Origin: a plasmid
Direction: 5' to 3' (one strand)
Length of the DNA stretch: 64,000 bases
Sequence record: NZ_CP069398.1
This document shows, piece after piece, positions 51,573 through 61,085 of this stretch (positions within the stretch are counted from its first letter, which is position 1; each line of letters opens with the position of its first letter). Both the position numbers and the translations under genes were made by a program. Under the pieces are notes generated by a model. The model saw only the letters and a list, made by a program, of their open reading frames with translations, was not told the DNA's origin and searched no databases.

Positions 51573-52994
51573 ATGAAACCAACAAGTTATAAACAATCTA
51601 CAATTGTAATCCTCCTACTTGCAGGAGCTTTTATCTCTATATTAAATCAGACACTTATGATTACGGCTATCCCACCTATTATGAAAGAAATGAATATTAC
51701 GGCAAATAGCGCGCAATGGCTTACGACTGTATTTATGCTTGTGAATGGGATTATGATCCCTGTGAGTGCCTTTTTATTAGAGCGTTTTTCAACAAGACAG
51801 CTCTTTATATCAGCGATGAGTATTTTTGCCTTTGGAACAATAGTTGCAGGAATCGCTCCTAATTTTGAAATTCTATTACTGGGAAGGGTTATACAGTCAA
51901 GTGGAGCAGGCGTTATGCTTCCACTCATGCAAACGGTATTCTTAATGATCTTTCCTGTTAATAAGCGCGGTGCAGCAATGGGGTTAGTTGGTCTTGTCAT
52001 TTCCTTTGCACCAGCGATTGGTCCAGCATTATCAGGATGGGTAACCTCTCATTATTCTTGGAGGGTCCTGTTTTTCATTATTCTACCGATTGCTCTTATC
52101 GATATTATCGTTGCATTTTTTGTAATGAAAAATGTAACAGAGGTAACGAAACCAAAAGTGGATATTCTGTCGATTATCTTATCTTCATTGGGGTTCGGAG
52201 GCCTGCTCTATGGATTTACGTGCGCCGGAAATGATGGTTGGCTAGCCTTCAGCACACTTACCTCGCTAGGGGTAGGAGTACTGGCACTTGTATTATTTAT
52301 TACAAGACAATTACGTCTAGAACATCCTATGCTTGAGTTCCGAGTATTTAAGAATTCTATTTTTCCGTTAACTGTGCTCGTTGGAATGATTGTTTTTATG
52401 GGGTTGATTGGCGCAGAGACAATTATCCCACTGTTCATGCAAAACATGAGGGACTTTACAGCTTTTGAAGCAGGCTTAGCTCTTTTACCCGGAGCACTAA
52501 TTACTGGCTTTATGTCACCTATTACAGGAAGGATATTTGATAAAATAGGTGCAAGATGGCTAGCGCTTACTGGTTTAATCATTATTACGGGGTCTTCATT
52601 TGCCTTCGCAAATTTAAATCCCTCTACATCTTTTACTTATATCACGGTTTTGTATGGAGTGCGGATGTTCGGCTTATCGATGGTCATGATGCCAGTCGCA
52701 ACTGCTGGTTTAAATCAGTTACCCAAACGGTTGATTCCTCATGGAGCAGCCATGGATAATACCATGAAAATGATTGCAGCGTCGGTTGGTACGGCAATTC
52801 TTGTGACCGTAATGACTAGAACTGCTGAGACTGCTCAACAACGACCAGAAATCGCCCATCCGGATATGTATGGGGCTAATGTGGCGTTTATCGTCATTGC
52901 TATTCTCTCCTTAGTAGGCGTTATTATATCTTTCTTTATTAAAGGAAGTAAGTTGCCAGAAAAAGAACTGGAGAAAAACAAGCAGGCAATATAA
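51573..52994 (+). CDS. MFS drug:H+ antiporter (DHA2/EmrB-QacA-like, 14 TM)
   Basis: 473 aa; ~14 hydrophobic helices; motif GRVIQSSGAGVMLP (motif C-like). Confidence 0.75.
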   Translation: MKPTSYKQSTIVILLLAGAFISILNQTLMITAIPPIMKEMNITANSAQWLTTVFMLVNGIMIPVSAFLLERFSTRQLFISAMSIFAFGTIVAGIAPNFEILLLGRVIQSSGAGVMLPLMQTVFLMIFPVNKRGAAMGLVGLVISFAPAIGPALSGWVTSHYSWRVLFFIILPIALIDIIVAFFVMKNVTEVTKPKVDILSIILSSLGFGGLLYGFTCAGNDGWLAFSTLTSLGVGVLALVLFITRQLRLEHPMLEFRVFKNSIFPLTVLVGMIVFMGLIGAETIIPLFMQNMRDFTAFEAGLALLPGALITGFMSPITGRIFDKIGARWLALTGLIIITGSSFAFANLNPSTSFTYITVLYGVRMFGLSMVMMPVATAGLNQLPKRLIPHGAAMDNTMKMIAASVGTAILVTVMTRTAETAQQRPEIAHPDMYGANVAFIVIAILSLVGVIISFFIKGSKLPEKELEKNKQAI

Positions 52995-53067
52995 GTCTAA
53001 ATGAAAGAGTGATTTAACATGTAGGGATATCTTTAATAATGTATATCTCTTATTCCAAAAATGTTAA

Positions 53068-53100
53068 AAAACCTTTGCTTTAATAAGCAAAGGTTTTTTA
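53068..53100. terminator. bidirectional rho-independent terminator between MFS gene and HU gene
   Basis: AAAAAACCTTTGCTTTAATAAGCAAAGGTTTTTTATT, T/A runs on both sides. Confidence 0.65.
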
Positions 53101-53172
53101 TTGTCTACTACATTATCTAAAAATCATGTAGAATTCGTAGAGCTTTTTAACTGAACCATTATTATGAGAAGT

Positions 53173-53445
53173 TTACTTAACAGCTTCTTTTAATTCTTTT
53201 CCTGGCTTGAAGGCTGGAACTTTTGAAGCTGGAATCGTCATTTCTTCACCTGTTTGAGGATTACGGCCTGTACGCTCTGCACGTTCACGCACTTCAAATG
53301 TGCCAAATCCAATTAGTTGAATCTTTTCTTCTTTTGCAAGAGTATTAGAAATCGTTTCAAACAAAGCGTCTACAGCTTTTTTCGAATCTTGTTTTGTTAG
53401 TTCTGCTTTTGTTGCAACTGCATCGATTAATTCAGCTTTTTTCAT
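53173..53445 (-). CDS. hup: HU-family nucleoid DNA-binding protein
   Basis: [45 protein letters not shown] nearly identical to HBsu signature. Confidence 0.85.
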   Translation of the reverse strand: MKKAELIDAVATKAELTKQDSKKAVDALFETISNTLAKEEKIQLIGFGTFEVRERAERTGRNPQTGEEMTIPASKVPAFKPGKELKEAVK

Positions 53446-53750
53446 AGTTAAATACCTCGTTTCTTACTGGGTAAAGTATGTATAGGTAAAAAATATATCA
53501 TATTTTCTATATACTGGTCAAACATACGTTCCTTCTCTAAAGTGATTTGAAAAATATATGATAAAAAGTATGCTTGAGATTAGCTCTGTGGCGAAACGAA
53601 ACCTGTTTAAGTTAGACAATTATTCATCCACTGCAAAATCCATCCCTATATTGTTTTAAAAATTTTAAAATTGTCCTAAACTAGTAAAGTACTTCCAATC
53701 ACTGAGTTTTAAAAAAGCCTTTGCTCTTTTGGAGCGAAGGCTACTTTTTA

Positions 53751-53969
53751 CTATTCTTTATAAAGGCAATCATAGGCATGAGTACTAGTGGATGAGACAA
53801 CAAATGTTGGTTGTCCTCTTTGATTTTTATGAAAGACTTTTACACCACAACCCGGACAAGCAAAAAATCCTCTGGAATGCATATAGCTGAATGTTGTGAT
53901 TTCCTCGGGTTTAAAAACACCCATTTTCGTTCCACAATGAACATATACAGCTTCTTTTACACCTGACAT
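53751..53969 (-). CDS. hypothetical Cys-rich (zinc-ribbon-like) protein
   Basis: HCGTKM...ACPGCG; 72 aa. Confidence 0.3.
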   Translation of the reverse strand: MSGVKEAVYVHCGTKMGVFKPEEITTFSYMHSRGFFACPGCGVKVFHKNQRGQPTFVVSSTSTHAYDCLYKE

Positions 53970-54776
53970 CGGATCACTCCCCTATATACGTTGAGTAGCT
54001 TTCTATTTTTAGTATATAAGAAATGAGTGGATAATTTAACCTTTTAAACCAATTAAATATAAGATTCAGAAAGTTATTCCAATCTGGAGTTAAAGAGTAA
54101 AAGATAAATTTTTATTTGGGTATCTTAAGATACGCCTTTTTATATAAACAAACGTTGAAATAAAAATAGTTGATATTAAATAAATAGGAAATATCTATTT
54201 TTTAAAAAAACATTATAGAATTAATTATATATGTTTAATAATAATTAATTCTATTATATATATGAGAGTAATAGTTAACTTATTTTGTTAAAAAATAGTT
54301 TAACTATTACTCCTTATGTAGAAAAAGACCATATTTGTCGTCACCAAGAGTAAATAGTAAAACTTTATTTTTTATAATATAGTTTGTTGTTTTACCTCTT
54401 TGTATAAAGTGTGTTTATATTTTATTTTCTATTAAATTTATATTACAAAAAATATAGTAGCATTGAATGCTTTCAGATTTTCTTTTTAGTCATCATAGAT
54501 ATATCATTTTCTTAAAAGAAAAGAAGAAGATAGATTGGTACATGATAAGAAGTGAAAATCTGTATTTTTCGTTAGTAAGAGTAATAAGTTTTCACATCTG
54601 GAGCAAACTACTCATGAAGTGTTTAAATTCTAAAATGCAAGGCTCTTGTCTACGTACTATTTAACCTAAAAAAACTACTGACACACATATGCCAGTAGTT
54701 TTTTTATTTGTCTCACTCTCTAGGGGCAGTCCCCTCATCTATTAGAGAGCTCTTTTCATAAACTTTTTATTCAAAT

Positions 54777-55277
54777 TTAAAGAATTCTTCCGGATAGAGG
54801 TGGTTTTTGCTCTCTATTTTTACCAAACTGCTCTTTTTCATCAACAAGTACTAAGATATTTCCTTCTTTGACTGAGTTACCATAGTATTCAGCTTCATCT
54901 TTAGGAAGACCTATTTCAACAAGAGCTCCTGTTAAACCTCCTATTCCTGCGCCCGTTACAGCCCCAGTTAACACGGCTGCAATTGGTCCGGCAGCAACAA
55001 TCGGTCCTATTCCTGGAATAGCAAGTGCACCAGCTCCTGCCAATAAACCTGTTAGCCCGCCAAGAGCTCCACCAGTTAGTGCACCTGTTGCAATTCCATC
55101 CACCACTTCGGTATCTGTTTCTTCTGTTACTCTATCTACTTCTCTACTGTCTTGCCCAATGATGGAGATGTCACGTGTAGCGTATCCTTGGTTTTTAAGA
55201 TCCTCCACAGCTGCAATGGCTTCTTGCTCAGATTTGTATACTCCTACAACTCTCTTTGCAGTTCGTTCCATTTTCAT
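54777..55277 (-). CDS. general stress protein 17M (YflT-like) with Gly-zipper C-terminal region
   Basis: N-terminus VVGVYKSEQEAIAAVEDLKNQGYATRDISIIG; Gly/Ala-rich zipper segment. Confidence 0.55.
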   Translation of the reverse strand: MKMERTAKRVVGVYKSEQEAIAAVEDLKNQGYATRDISIIGQDSREVDRVTEETDTEVVDGIATGALTGGALGGLTGLLAGAGALAIPGIGPIVAAGPIAAVLTGAVTGAGIGGLTGALVEIGLPKDEAEYYGNSVKEGNILVLVDEKEQFGKNREQKPPLSGRIL

Positions 55278-55414
55278 CTCCTCCTATTCCTTTTCTATTA
55301 TTCATGTTCCCTAGGTATAAATATTAAAACTTCTACTTATCATAATCGCTATTATAGACAGAGAAAAACTAAAAATCTCTTTCATTGAGCAAATTATCCT
55401 TTTTTTACGTTAAT

Positions 55415-55720
55415 CTAACTATGATGTAACGCATCCTCAACGGTATTTATTTGATGCTTCATATTTGTTTTCTTATCTTTTCGATGATCAATACTTATGT
55501 TTGTGATAATTCGATTAGGACCACTTGAAATGGCCTCTTGATGTATTTCTTTTGCTACTTGCCATAATTGCTCAAGGTCTCCTTCTATTATGGTAGAAGT
55601 GGGCGTTACATCATAATGTAATTCCTTCCCCTTGAGCTTACTTACAGCGTTAATCACTTCTGAACTAAAACTTGTTGAATCTGTTCCAACAGGTATAATA
55701 CTTATTTCTAACAAAGGCAT
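55415..55720 (-). CDS. MTH1187/YkoF-family (DUF77) small ligand-binding protein
   Basis: Start at MPLLEISIIPVG with GGGGG RBS; the longer ORF-track start is probably upstream overcall. Confidence 0.45.
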   Translation of the reverse strand: MPLLEISIIPVGTDSTSFSSEVINAVSKLKGKELHYDVTPTSTIIEGDLEQLWQVAKEIHQEAISSGPNRIITNISIDHRKDKKTNMKHQINTVEDALHHS

Positions 55721-55796
55721 AACGTTTACCCCCTTCTCATATCCTTGTTTTTTAAAACTAAAAAAGAAACGATTTATAGATAAAATCTCCTGGTTT

Positions 55797-56222
55797 TTAT
55801 TTAGTAGGTTCAGCAGGGACTGAAATGTCCTCAAGAGCTTTACCTGCTTCTTTATTTGAAGTATTACTTACTGCTAAATCTCCCAAAGAAACCATTCCAA
55901 TGAGTTTTCCATCCTCTACGATAGGAAGTCTGCGTATTTGATACTGAGACATGATTTCCATAGTTTGCTCTACAGACATATGTTTTGTACCGGTAATCAC
56001 ATCCGTTGTTATCATTTCAGATATTTGCGTATTCGCATTAAAATTATTGGCCAATCCTTTGACAACTAAATCACGATCCGTTATTAATCCTATTAGCTTA
56101 TTGTCTTCACAAATGGGAATAATCCCTACATCTAGATTCTTCATCATAGTAGCAACCTCACCACAAGAACTTTTAAGGTTACACGTCTCAACATTTGAGG
56201 TCATCACTTCTGTTATGTTCAT
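55797..56222 (-). CDS. CBS-pair domain protein
   Basis: Two CBS motifs (..GIIPICEDNKLIGLITDRDL.. and ..RRLPIVEDGKLIGMVSLGDL..). Confidence 0.7.
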   Translation of the reverse strand: MNITEVMTSNVETCNLKSSCGEVATMMKNLDVGIIPICEDNKLIGLITDRDLVVKGLANNFNANTQISEMITTDVITGTKHMSVEQTMEIMSQYQIRRLPIVEDGKLIGMVSLGDLAVSNTSNKEAGKALEDISVPAEPTK

Positions 56223-56379
56223 AATAATTCCTCCTCGTATATTATATTTAAGCCTTATTTAAGAGCTAAGACCTGTTTCCATATTAATGAATAAATTAAA
56301 CAACATATTACTTGGACGTCTCAAGATATTTCTAGATAATGATCATAGGATCATTTGGGACAATTCTTCTTTCTCCTGT

Positions 56380-57900
56380 GGATTAACCACAATATAAGAC
56401 TGTTTCTCAGTGAACGCGCGGGACTCCCTACTCGCAGGCTGAGCAGCCTGTCATTTGAACCTAGAGGGTAGTAGCTCTATGGCGGCTTTCGAATGCAGGG
56501 AAGCTCTGATACACGAGGTTGTTGGTCGGCGTACACACTAGAGATATCTCGAGACGTCCAAGGAAATGCCAAGTGATTCTAAATCGAAAGGAGGTCTCTC
56601 CCGTGAGATTATTTGTTGGTTTAGATGTAAGTTCGTTTGATATGAAAGTATGCATTTTAAATGGTGAAGGAGAAAAGCTGAACGCCTTTACCGTCACCAA
56701 TGACTTACCAGGCGCGACGTTGCTTAAAGAACGTTTATTACACTGCATAGACGATCAAGAGATTGACGTCTTAAAGATTGGCTTAGAATCTACATCGGTC
56801 TATAGCTTTCACCCGTCGATGTTTCTCCATCATGATGAAGACTTAAAAGTCTTCGGTGCCAAGGTGTTTGTCATGAACCCTAAACAAATAGCTAATTTTA
56901 AGAAAAGCTATTCGGATATGAACAAAACAGATGAAATCGATGCCTTTGTCATTGCGGATTACTTACGTTTTGGACGTAACCAAATGTCAGTGGTCAAAGA
57001 AAGCCAATACGTGGCCTTACAACAACTGACTCGGTCCCGTTACCAGCTCATCCGTATGATGACGAAAGAAAAGCAGCATTTTCTTCAACACCTAAGCTAT
57101 AAGTGTAATACTTTCTCTCAAGAAGTAGACTCCTCAGTCTTCGGTAACGCAATGATGGAGCTTTTCTTAGAGAAATACAGCTTGGAAGAACTAGCCCACC
57201 TACCACTGGAGGAACTGGCAGCGTTCCTTCAAGAGAAAGGGAAAAACCGATTTGGTGACCCGAAATGTGTGGCAACCTCCATTCAGAAAGCCGTGCGATC
57301 TTCTTATCGCTTGGACAAAGTAGTGGAAGATTCTATGGATGTAATACTAGGGACCTCGATCGAGGTCATTCGCACCTTCCAAAAGCAGATAAAAGAAATT
57401 GATAAAGCGATCAAAAAACTGATGGCTGGATTGACACACACGCTTGAATCCATCCCTGGAATTGGTCCCGTATTCGCTGCAGGTATCATAGCTGAAATTG
57501 GCCAAATAGACCGGTTTGATGATGAAACTAAAGTAGCGAAATACGCAGGTCTATACTGGCGAAAGCATCAGTCTGGGCGCTTTACTGCCGAAGACACGTC
57601 CCTATCACGTAACGGTAACCACTACTTGCGATATTACTTAGTTGAAGCCGCCAACTCCGTACGAAGGCAAGTTCCGGATTACCGGGATTACTACGTGAAA
57701 AAGTACAGTGAAGTACCAAAACATCAACACAAACGTGCACTCGTTCTAACCGCAAGAAAACTCGTGCGATTGGTGGATGCGCTACTACGCAGTCACCAAC
57801 TCTTTACGCCAGAAAGGGGCGTGAAAATATGACATAAAACTTGTCATCGCTACCTTTCAATTAATTTCCAGTAAATAACATTCGTTACTGGTCTAGTTTC
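56380..57900 (+). mobile_element. IS110-family insertion sequence (boundaries approximate)
   Basis: Contains IS110-type transposase; IS110 elements lack obvious terminal IRs, so ends are not resolved. Confidence 0.5.
56603..57832 (+). CDS. IS110-family transposase (DEDD-type)
   Basis: GTG start with RBS AAAGGAGG; N-terminal LFVGLDVS (DEDD motif), C-terminal IPGIGPVFAAGIIAEIG...AKYAGLYWRKHQSG. Confidence 0.8.
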   Translation: MRLFVGLDVSSFDMKVCILNGEGEKLNAFTVTNDLPGATLLKERLLHCIDDQEIDVLKIGLESTSVYSFHPSMFLHHDEDLKVFGAKVFVMNPKQIANFKKSYSDMNKTDEIDAFVIADYLRFGRNQMSVVKESQYVALQQLTRSRYQLIRMMTKEKQHFLQHLSYKCNTFSQEVDSSVFGNAMMELFLEKYSLEELAHLPLEELAAFLQEKGKNRFGDPKCVATSIQKAVRSSYRLDKVVEDSMDVILGTSIEVIRTFQKQIKEIDKAIKKLMAGLTHTLESIPGIGPVFAAGIIAEIGQIDRFDDETKVAKYAGLYWRKHQSGRFTAEDTSLSRNGNHYLRYYLVEAANSVRRQVPDYRDYYVKKYSEVPKHQHKRALVLTARKLVRLVDALLRSHQLFTPERGVKI

Positions 57901-58188
57901 GTGATGCTTTTTTTTAGTAAATTGCCCTTTGATAACTTTACATTCTTTCATTTTTCAGTTGACATACTACCGCAGGTCTTTATTGAATAATCGTCTTATT
58001 TCACTTCATTCCCGTACATCATCTTCTAAAACGTAAGCTTGAGTTTTAGTAAACACGCTTTAGATTTTAATAGGAAGAAAATGAATTGTGGATTGGTAAA
58101 ATTCACGGCATTTTATCAGTTAGTAAAAAGATGATTTTCATTTCTTGAAAACGGGTATATATCATTTAATTACAAAGGAGGGTTTTTT

Positions 58189-58515
58189 ATGAAAAATGTA
58201 AGAGTAGTAGAAAACGGAGTCCAAGCAAAAGAGGCAATTGAACAATTTTTAAATCGAGGATATACGAAAGACGAATTATATTTATTAGCTCACGATAAAA
58301 ATCGTTCTGAAGATTTAACGGAAGCATTGGATACCAACAATATTGGGGTCTCAGAACAAGGAGCATTTGATTTAGTAGCCAATGTATTCCGATCTCGTGG
58401 AGATGAATTACGTTCTAAAATTCAATCTTTAGGATTATCGGATGCTGAAGCTCAACAATATGAAAGAGAATTAGATCAAGGGCGTGTAATAGTAGTGGCA
58501 ACCAAAGCAGGTTAA
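58189..58515 (+). CDS. general stress protein (YflT N-domain-like)
   Basis: VRVVENGVQAKEAIEQFLNRGYTKDELYLLAHD resembles the N-domain of the 54777 protein. Confidence 0.45.
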   Translation: MKNVRVVENGVQAKEAIEQFLNRGYTKDELYLLAHDKNRSEDLTEALDTNNIGVSEQGAFDLVANVFRSRGDELRSKIQSLGLSDAEAQQYERELDQGRVIVVATKAG

Positions 58516-58597
58516 CAAAAAAAGGTAATTTTTGAAAGATAGTTACAGAATGTATGTAAAAATATAAAAGAGGACCCGTTAATGGGATCCTCTTTTA

Positions 58598-59227
58598 TTA
58601 ACTGTTGACTAAATTCCCTTCAGCAGGAATTGGATGACTTTTCAACAGTCTCGCAAAATGTATTAGATTATGAGCCATCATTTCCACATGTTGCATGGTA
58701 AAATCATTTTTAGTTCCTTCAGCTTCAATAAAGGACGGTCCTGGTCCTGCTTCTCCTACCCAATAGGTATCCACATTAGGAGGAATGGTAAAACCTATAT
58801 GAGATAATGCGTAGAGGACCGAACGTGAAACGTGTTTGGCTCCATCCTCATTTCCCGTCACTACTACTCCACCTACTTTGTTGTAGTAAATGTATTGACC
58901 CTTATCATTTGTTAGACTACTTCCGCCATAAAGTCTTTCTATAATTTGAGTAGTAATACTGCTTTGTTCACCTAGCCAAATAGGAGAGCCTATTAGTACA
59001 ATATCTGCTTCCTTTACTTTTTCAAAAATAGAAGGCCATTCATCTTCTTCATTTACTGCTTTTTCTGTAATTCCGTGTCCAATCTTATAGTCTGCTATGG
59101 TTATAACTTCGTTTTTCACCTCATTCTTATCAAATATCTTCACCACTTCGCCAATTAACGCACCCGTGTTTGAGACTTCAGGACTTTTCTTTAACGTACA
59201 ATTAAGTACAAGAGCTTTAAGTGTCAT
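58598..59227 (-). CDS. flavodoxin-like fold NAD(P)H-dependent FMN reductase
   Basis: N-terminus KALVLNCTLKKSPEVSNT; ...VLIGSPIWLGEQS typical of NADPH-dependent FMN reductase family. Confidence 0.6.
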   Translation of the reverse strand: MTLKALVLNCTLKKSPEVSNTGALIGEVVKIFDKNEVKNEVITIADYKIGHGITEKAVNEEDEWPSIFEKVKEADIVLIGSPIWLGEQSSITTQIIERLYGGSSLTNDKGQYIYYNKVGGVVVTGNEDGAKHVSRSVLYALSHIGFTIPPNVDTYWVGEAGPGPSFIEAEGTKNDFTMQHVEMMAHNLIHFARLLKSHPIPAEGNLVNS

Positions 59228-59576
59228 GCTGATTTCCCAACTCCTTATAAATAAGTATTACTTTGGATATTCCCCCATTGAAGAGAAAAAAACACGCAAA
59301 TTTGGTAGTATTACAAGTCTTTAGTCGGGGGTAAGTAAAGGGTGAGTGCTAGTAATTTTGCTATATTTGCATTAGTTTTATTTTTTAATGCCCCTTTTTT
59401 AAAACTGATATAAAACCATCGTCAAAAAAATTCCATAGTTTTCTCTATTTTAGGCTTTATACTTCATATATTTCCAGTTGTCATAATGTCTTTTATTAGA
59501 AAGAACCTTTGAATAAGAAAAGAAGAAATGGAAACCCATTTCTTCTTTGTATACACATTTAGTTAGAAGAATGACA

Positions 59577-59789
59577 TTATCGGATGTTTTTGCCACCAAG
59601 TTGTTGTTCCGCCATTTGCACAAGACGTTTTGTAATCTCTCCACCTACTGATCCATTTGCACGTGCAGTTGTATCAGGACCAAGGTTAACGCCAAACTCA
59701 CTAGCGATCTCATATTTCATCTGGTCAATTGCTTGCTGAGCGCCATATACTAACAGTTCATTTGTGTTGCTATTTTTATTGTTTGCCAT
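59577..59789 (-). CDS. alpha/beta-type small acid-soluble spore protein (SASP)
   Basis: Both conserved SASP blocks: [13 protein letters not shown] and [21 protein letters not shown]. Confidence 0.85.
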   Translation of the reverse strand: MANNKNSNTNELLVYGAQQAIDQMKYEIASEFGVNLGPDTTARANGSVGGEITKRLVQMAEQQLGGKNIR

Positions 59790-60355
59790 TTTATCCAGCT
59801 CCTTTACATTTTATAAAGTTAAAATGTGTAAAAGAAGGGGTGTTTATTCATAAGATTAGAAATTACTTTTAAAAAGTCGTCTAGTTCATAAATTTTTATA
59901 GAAAGCAAAAAAACGACTATTTGCCCGTGAACTTCTCCTCAATCGTTAGACAAAAATTAATAATTGAAGTTGTGCAATTACAAGTGGCTTTTATTCTTTA
60001 TTTTTGTGTCCCTTTGTTTTATAGCATGCTCATGACGATAGTCAATACGTTCATCAATTTGATCCATTAACCTTTTGTCTTGTTGGATCTTATTTTTATT
60101 TTCATTAATGAGATTTTGAAATCGGGGTTTTTAACTTTCGCATAAAGGCACTTCTCTCTTTTATATATTTGTTTCTAAGTCAGATGTAATTATAACGAAT
60201 ATATAAAATAAAGCAACATATGAGATTTTGTGTAATGACTCTCTTCTTTCTATCTAAATATTCTTTTTACTCATGGCTTTTTCGACATTTTTTATACCTT
60301 CTCTTTTTTATAATATAAAGTACACAGAAAGCATAAGAGAAGAGGAGGAACGCAA

Positions 60356-61018
60356 ATGAACATATTAGCTGACGTAAAACCAAGAGAAGAAAAGAAAATT
60401 TTAAGTGATGAAGAGATTGTTCAAGCGTTTCAATTGGGCGACGAGGTTGCTTTCAACTTACTAGTAAAGAAATATGAATATTTAGTCGGTTCGAAGGTAA
60501 AAGTATATTTCCTATTAGGAGGAGATCGAGAGGATCTCTTACAGGAGGCAAAGTTAGGATTATATAAAGCTGTGCGAGATTTTAGAATAGAAGGGAAGAG
60601 TTCATTTAGAGGCTTTGCAGAACTATGCATTACACGTCAACTTATTACAGCTATAAAGGCAGGGAATCGTCAAAAGCATTCACCTTTAAATAATGCTTTT
60701 TCTTTAAACACATCTAGAAATTCAAAACGAGCAGAAGATGATATAACCCTTATGGAGATACTTCCTCATCCTTACGCAGTAAGCCCGGAAAAGGCGGCTA
60801 TAGAAAGCGAGAATAAAAAAGAGAGAGAATACATCTTGCAAGAAATGTTATCAGCAATCGAACAAGAAGTGTTTGCCCTATATATGAAGGGTCAAACCTA
60901 TATCCAAATCTCTAAAAACCTAGACATTCCTCACAAAGCAGTGGATAATGCACTTTGCCGAATTAAGAAAAAGATGAGGCATCAAATGAAATACCTTTAT
61001 TTACAGGAATCATCCTGA
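60356..61018 (+). CDS. SigH-like sigma-70-family sigma factor (sporulation/competence sigma-H paralog)
   Basis: Region 2 GDREDLLQEAKLGLYKAVRDF and region 2.4/3 FRGFAELCITRQLITAIK closely parallel B. subtilis SigH; region 4 HTH ...TYIQISKNLDIPHKAVDNALCRIKKK. Confidence 0.7.
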   Translation: MNILADVKPREEKKILSDEEIVQAFQLGDEVAFNLLVKKYEYLVGSKVKVYFLLGGDREDLLQEAKLGLYKAVRDFRIEGKSSFRGFAELCITRQLITAIKAGNRQKHSPLNNAFSLNTSRNSKRAEDDITLMEILPHPYAVSPEKAAIESENKKEREYILQEMLSAIEQEVFALYMKGQTYIQISKNLDIPHKAVDNALCRIKKKMRHQMKYLYLQESS

Positions 61019-61085
61019 CAAACATAGAATAAAAGCATGAAGTTACTACAAGTAATGATATCTAAAGGTGGAAAATATCTAGTAC

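Noticed and set aside
54000-54780. AT-rich 780-bp spacer with short inverted repeats (TAGAATTAATTAT/ATAATTAATTCTA); considered as CRISPR or ori
   Set aside because: No regularly spaced direct repeats with unique spacers; repeats are simple AT palindromes; no supporting genes
56461-56748. 95-aa minus-strand ORF
   Set aside because: Antisense to the IS110 left end and transposase start
59450-59644. 64-aa minus-strand ORF
   Set aside because: Overlaps the strongly supported SASP gene in another frame
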